A stretch of DNA of 64,000 nt from Candidatus Calditenuaceae archaeon HR02 (lineage in GTDB: Archaea > Thermoproteota > Nitrososphaeria_A > Caldarchaeales > Calditenuaceae): contig BEHE01000009.1 in NCBI GenBank assembly GCA_002898395.1, positions 15,392-79,391 on the forward strand. The letters run 5' to 3'. Below the pieces are notes generated by a model. That model had not been told where the DNA came from. It saw only the letters and a program-made list of their open reading frames with translations, and searched no databases. Below, in pieces: positions 59,875 to 64,000 of the stretch. Within the stretch, counting starts at the first letter, position 1. Each line of letters starts with the position of its first letter. A program made the position numbers and the translations under genes.

Positions 59875-59966
59875 CGTAACTCTCCTTCATAGAGATGTCC
59901 TAGGTGAACTGGGGGAGTTTTCCGCAGAATCTTAATTAATTGGGGGGTCTATATATTATAATCTGG

Positions 59967-60470
59967 ATGAAGCTTGATAAGAGGGATGTCAAGATTTTAA
60001 GCATCCTCCAAGAGGATGGTAGGGCGTCTTACTCCAGCATCGCAAAGCAGCTGAATATAAGTGAGGCTGCAGTATATGCTCGCGTCAACAAGCTTGTAAA
60101 GGAGGGAATAATCAAGGGGTTTACCGCAATACTCGACGAGACTAAGCTCAACCTCGGCATAGGAGCCTTCATAGGCCTAAGGGCGACACCCTCAAAGTAC
60201 GCCGAGGTCCTGAGCCAGCTCGCCAGCTTCCCAGAGGTAACCGAGATACACGATGTCACCGGGGACTACTACGCCATACTTAAGGTCAAGACACGGAACA
60301 AGGAAGAACTCGCAATCCTGCTAGACAAGATCGGCAGGCTCGACGGCGTGGTATCCACCGACACAAAGCTGATACTTAGGACCATTAAGGAGACCACCAA
60401 GCTACCACTCTCGAGGCTCGAAGAGGCCGCTCTGCCTCCGAGACAAGCCCGCGTCAGGGCGAGACAATAA
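59967..60470 (+). CDS. Lrp/AsnC-family transcriptional regulator
   Basis: LDKRDVKILSILQEDGRASYSSIAKQLNISEAAVYARVNKL HTH plus RAM domain; tatatattataat TATA ~15 nt upstream. Confidence 0.85.
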   Translation: MKLDKRDVKILSILQEDGRASYSSIAKQLNISEAAVYARVNKLVKEGIIKGFTAILDETKLNLGIGAFIGLRATPSKYAEVLSQLASFPEVTEIHDVTGDYYAILKVKTRNKEELAILLDKIGRLDGVVSTDTKLILRTIKETTKLPLSRLEEAALPPRQARVRARQ

Positions 60471-60531
60471 CTGTTGGAGGCGGCTCACAAATATATACTG
60501 ACACCGAGTAGAATCTCTAGGATAGGAAGGG

Positions 60532-60927
60532 ATGGTCAGGGAATACACCTACCGCGGCTACACGCTACAACAGCTACTCGAGATGCCGACAGACCAGCTA
60601 ATCAACCTCCTCCCAAGCCGCCAGAGAAGAAGTCTCAGGCGCGGACTCACAGAGGCCCAGCGTAAACTTCTAATAAAAATAAGAAAATACAAGCAAAACA
60701 ACATTAACAAACCTGTTAGAACACACGCAAGAGACATGATCATCCTTCCAGAGATGGTTGGCCTCACAATCTGGGTACACAACGGCAAAGAATTCACACC
60801 CGTAGAAATCCAACCCGAAATGATAGGCCACAGACTCGGCGAATTCGCAATCACAAACAAACGAGTACAACACGGCAGACCCGGCGTCGGAGCGACGAAA
60901 AGTAGTATGTATGTCCCGTTGAAGTGA
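60532..60927 (+). CDS. rps19: 30S ribosomal protein S19 (uS19)
   Basis: [60 protein letters not shown] matches uS19. Confidence 0.85.
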   Translation: MVREYTYRGYTLQQLLEMPTDQLINLLPSRQRRSLRRGLTEAQRKLLIKIRKYKQNNINKPVRTHARDMIILPEMVGLTIWVHNGKEFTPVEIQPEMIGHRLGEFAITNKRVQHGRPGVGATKSSMYVPLK

Positions 60928-61154
60928 CGAAAAAATACGAATTTTTTGTCAAAATGACAAATGTCCAATGTTTTTTCTCAGGTTTTGCCTAACTTTAATC
61001 CTCTGCTTCGATAATTGAGCACTGATGTTACGTGGGTGATAGGCTTAAATTTAAAACGCTCATGTAAAAAGAGCAGAAAAGAGGGGGCCGTGAACAAAAG
61101 CTTAAATGCAATTTAATACCTATGTGGGTCCTCCTCGCTGTTGGTCGCTGAGGC

Positions 61155-61475
61155 CTAATCTTCCGCTTCGATGATTATTTCGTCGAGGGTGTACTTTACT
61201 TTTTTACCGCGCCTTACATCTTGAAAGGTTTCGAACCATGTTTCTTCAATTATATCTTCAGGCGCAAAACCTAATGTTAATTCAAACATGTTTGCTATGT
61301 CCTGTGGTCTTATCACTAGTCTATCCCTGTAGCTAACTAACAAGATCCCGGAGTTATCCGGCAATACGGTATACTCATCTATTATCTTTAGATCTGTTAA
61401 TGCTTTAGCGTATTCTTTGTGGTCTTCATCGGCATAGGGCCAAGCTATTATTATCTTTGGTTCCTTAACCCGCAT
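61155..61475 (-). CDS. Hypothetical protein (low-GC island ORF 3)
   Basis: ORF in AT-rich DNA; 11-nt overlap with the upstream ORF. Confidence 0.3.
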   Translation of the reverse strand: MRVKEPKIIIAWPYADEDHKEYAKALTDLKIIDEYTVLPDNSGILLVSYRDRLVIRPQDIANMFELTLGFAPEDIIEETWFETFQDVRRGKKVKYTLDEIIIEAED

Positions 61476-62316
61476 TTATGATCACCCAAAGACGCCCTGT
61501 AGACGTGCCCCCTTCTGAGAACTCTTCGATTAGGGTATTTAATGATTTAATAGTTGCGGTTAATCGTTGTAACCTCTCCGATTCTTCCTTGGTCAACGAA
61601 TTTAGTAGGTAGTTTAGGGATTTCTTCCTTTCGTAGGTAAAGTATTTAATCAGCTCATTAAGTTTTTTAGTTCTTTCATCCATCCTTTCTTTCCGCCCTT
61701 TTAGTATCAGCGGATATATCTGGGGTAGCCGCTTTATGATGTATTCGTTGTAGGGGCCCTTCAGCGGTTTTTCGATATTACAGCTTATTATCTTTTTGAC
61801 TGTGTTTATGTCTTCAAGTTGTTTTAGGCGCTTCGTATAGGCCTGCACAGTTTCGTTTAGGATTGTTGCAGTTATTCTCTTCCACGTGTTTTCGAGTGTT
61901 AGAGATTTAAGAATAGAAGCAGGTCTAGCGTCGTTGGTGCAATCTGCGTAGAAATAGTGAATGTGCGCCAAGCTGGTTCTCCGCGTTCTTAGGTCTAATT
62001 GGTAGCTTTTATAGTGCTTTAGTCCCTTATCTAGAACCAGATTTCTGAGTTTTGCTACAAAGTGGTCTATCCATAACGTTGAGGGTGTTATTTTGCCGTC
62101 TTTGATAAATCTCTTAGTCTCTATCACTGAGAGTCTTAGACGATTAGATAGATTGTTGATCTCTACATCTTTGATAGTCTCGTATTGCGTTATCGAGATC
62201 ATCAGCAACAAGCGACTTCCCCATTTTTGGATGAAAAAGTTACCTTCGAATTCAATTTCCATCGTAGAAAAGATGACATGTCTAACTGGTCGAGTATGGC
62301 TTTTTAGGCCCCTCAA
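61465..62316 (-). CDS. Hypothetical protein (low-GC island ORF 2); possible HUH-endonuclease-like motifs
   Basis: LAHIHYFY (H-u-H) followed ~40 aa later by VQAYTKRLK (Y-x-x-K); weak. Confidence 0.3.
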   Translation of the reverse strand: MRGLKSHTRPVRHVIFSTMEIEFEGNFFIQKWGSRLLLMISITQYETIKDVEINNLSNRLRLSVIETKRFIKDGKITPSTLWIDHFVAKLRNLVLDKGLKHYKSYQLDLRTRRTSLAHIHYFYADCTNDARPASILKSLTLENTWKRITATILNETVQAYTKRLKQLEDINTVKKIISCNIEKPLKGPYNEYIIKRLPQIYPLILKGRKERMDERTKKLNELIKYFTYERKKSLNYLLNSLTKEESERLQRLTATIKSLNTLIEEFSEGGTSTGRLWVIINAG

Positions 62317-62581
62317 GACATTGAAGTACTACATCGCTAAGCCTTTTCGGAAAGTAACTGCCGAAACACCATGTATTGCCTGTGCCATACGCTATGAATA
62401 CAGTGTTTATTAACCCTAGGTCTGCTAGATGTCTGAAGATCATTGGATCTATGTTTCTGACACCTATGGCTATTCCGTTGTAGTGGCCGTCTATCAGATA
62501 GGCTGCTAGGACCGCCTCTAATCTCTGCTTTGCTACTTCGCTATTTAGCGTATCTACTGGTTCACTGACCCACTGGCTCAC
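62282..62581 (-). CDS. Hypothetical protein (low-GC island ORF 1)
   Basis: ORF only; 35-nt overlap with ORF 2. Confidence 0.3.
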   Translation of the reverse strand: MSQWVSEPVDTLNSEVAKQRLEAVLAAYLIDGHYNGIAIGVRNIDPMIFRHLADLGLINTVFIAYGTGNTWCFGSYFPKRLSDVVLQCLEGPKKPYSTS

Positions 62582-62717
62582 CCATGGTCACCCCCATAGG
62601 ACGCCCTTTCGCCGGTGAGCGGGACGTGGGGGGTTTTGGGATTTAGTTTAGGGCACTTTGCCCGGGCACCTTGATATCGTCTGTCATTGCTGGAGGATAG
62701 CTTTGTAAACATGTTGC

Positions 62718-62972
62718 CTACCCCTCAGGCATCACCCCCTCTACATGAGAATGCAATTTTGGTCTCATCGCCTTCGATGCCTCGCTATAGCATGTTAGTA
62801 ACCCATCGCCAAGCCTGGTCAGCGCTAATGTGCCGTCGCTACCCACCTTCTTAAGCAACTCCCACTTCAACAGATCTTTTAACAGCTTCCTTTCCACATC
62901 TTTGTGGAATACTGCCTGTCCACCCCGTATTTTCTCCATTACATGGATGTGGGCAGGTCCTAGAAGCTTCAT
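62718..62972 (-). CDS. Hypothetical small protein, possibly winged-helix
   Basis: ORF adjacent to the IS end. Confidence 0.25.
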   Translation of the reverse strand: MKLLGPAHIHVMEKIRGGQAVFHKDVERKLLKDLLKWELLKKVGSDGTLALTRLGDGLLTCYSEASKAMRPKLHSHVEGVMPEG

Positions 62973-63002
62973 TCCCGGCGTAATCTTATTTCCTTTTTCT
63001 GC

Positions 63003-63817
63003 GAACTCATCTCAAAATCCCGTTTCCGTATCTTAGGTGGGTTATTATGCATGCTATTTTTACTAGTGCTGTATATGTTGTTGATAGTCTTTCATATCTT
63101 ACTGTGATTCTCCTGAGGGTTTTTATCCATGTGAAGAACCTCTCTACAGCGCTCCTCATCTTCCTGTACGCGTCTACGTTGTAAGGCTTGGGCCTCCTGC
63201 CTCTCCTGGGGTTGAGTGGTATGTTCGGCTCTACTCCCATTGAGGAGAGCTCATTCCTCATCTCCTCTGTGTCGTATGCCGCGTCGGCGTAGAGCTCTCT
63301 TGGCTTCGTATCCAGCTCGCTGACCAGCTCCGGTAAGCTTCCTCGAGTCGTGCCAGTTCCCAGGCCCTATAGCTACCCTCAGGGGCATGGACCCTCCGTC
63401 GACGCAGACATGTATCTTGGAGCCCTTCCTCTTCCTGAAGCCGTCATAACCCACCAGATCTCCCCCTTTTTAGCCTCTACTGTACTGCTGTCTACAGCGA
63501 CCCTATCCGCGCTCCTAGACGATGCAAGGGCCCTCAATATCCTATCCCAGACGCCCAGCTCCTGCCAAAGCCTAAGCCTCCTCCAGGCCGTTTTGTAAGA
63601 ACCGTACTCAGCGGGCATGTCCATCCACCGGCACCCAGTCGTCAGGACATAGAGTATGCCGTTCAGCACGCGCCTGTCATCAGCCCTAGGCCTACCAACC
63701 CTAGGCTTAGGAGGGAGAAGCGGCCTAATCGACCCCCACCCGGAATCGCTAAGCTCCCTGAACTCCAAGCCGAAAACATATGACCTTAGAGAGCTTAAAT
63801 AATTTTGAGACGAGTTC
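63003..63817 (-). mobile_element. IS5-family (IS427-like) insertion sequence, probably degenerate
   Basis: 16-bp terminal inverted repeats gaactcatctcaaaat / attttgagacgagttc; transposase N-terminus PRVGRPRADDRRVLNGILYVLTTGCRWMDMP; an A_AAA_AAG -1 slippery site; a further frameshift splits the DDE part across ORFs 63251..63454 and 63007..63261. Confidence 0.7.
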
Positions 63818-63819
63818 AT
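63007..63819 (-). pseudogene. IS5/IS427-family transposase (orfA/orfB): programmed -1 frameshift plus one disrupting frameshift
   Basis: Three ORF-track fragments in three frames; the ADAAYDTEE (DDE) motif is only readable after shifting frame around 63300-63350. Confidence 0.6.
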
Positions 63820-64000
63820 AGAGTAGAGCTCATTTCGATGTATTTAAGCTCTCTTCTCTGGCTATCTTTACGTGGAGTTTAGGGAGCTTAATGATGAATG
63901 GTTCTTAATAAGCTCCTATCTTCCCCCTCTATGTTACTGCTTGAAGGAGTCAAAGTCTCTACAGGAGACCAAGGGTAGGCTGGTCAGAGCCATCGTCCCA

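Noticed and set aside
61465-62581. Possibility that the three low-GC-island ORFs are one frameshifted ~490-aa pseudogene
   Set aside because: The three ORFs occupy three different frames, so two frameshifts would be needed. I kept them as separate ORFs but cannot exclude a decayed single gene.
1-64000. CRISPR arrays and rRNA genes
   Set aside because: No regularly spaced direct repeats of 25-40 bp and no rRNA-like conserved blocks were seen in any gene-free gap.

Overview
This window is archaeal chromosomal DNA, about 57% GC, with TACK/crenarchaeal-type gene content: Alba, a NurA-HerA-Mre11-Rad50 operon, TFB, aSUI1, ribosomal proteins S25e/S8/L6/S19, diphthine synthase, a fructose-bisphosphate aldolase/phosphatase, archaeal DtdA and a family-5 UDG. 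Gene assignments come from motifs I recognise by eye, with no database search, and coordinates read from the printed sequence lines may be off by 1-2 nt. The most interesting feature is a 454-aa LAGLIDADG intein sitting exactly inside the CxxxCxxC iron-sulfur motif of a PflX-family radical SAM enzyme. Other points are a Rad50 with no CxxC zinc hook; a Hef/FANCM-like helicase with an N-terminal SWIM zinc finger and no nuclease domain, placed head-to-head with a mini Hjc-like resolvase; a dnaK directly downstream of an isolated rpS8-rpL6 pair, with dnaJ 16 kb away and no grpE. There are three families of two-copy intergenic repeats (75, 140 and 250 bp), a 120-bp MITE-like insertion with a 9-bp target-site duplication, a homopurine tract encoding an E/W-only 44-aa micro-ORF, a candidate C/D-box sRNA, a truncated M20 peptidase pseudogene, and a low-GC island (60.9-63.0 kb) holding three overlapping orphan ORFs (one with a possible HUH motif) next to a degenerate IS5-family element. 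No CRISPR array or rRNA genes were seen.
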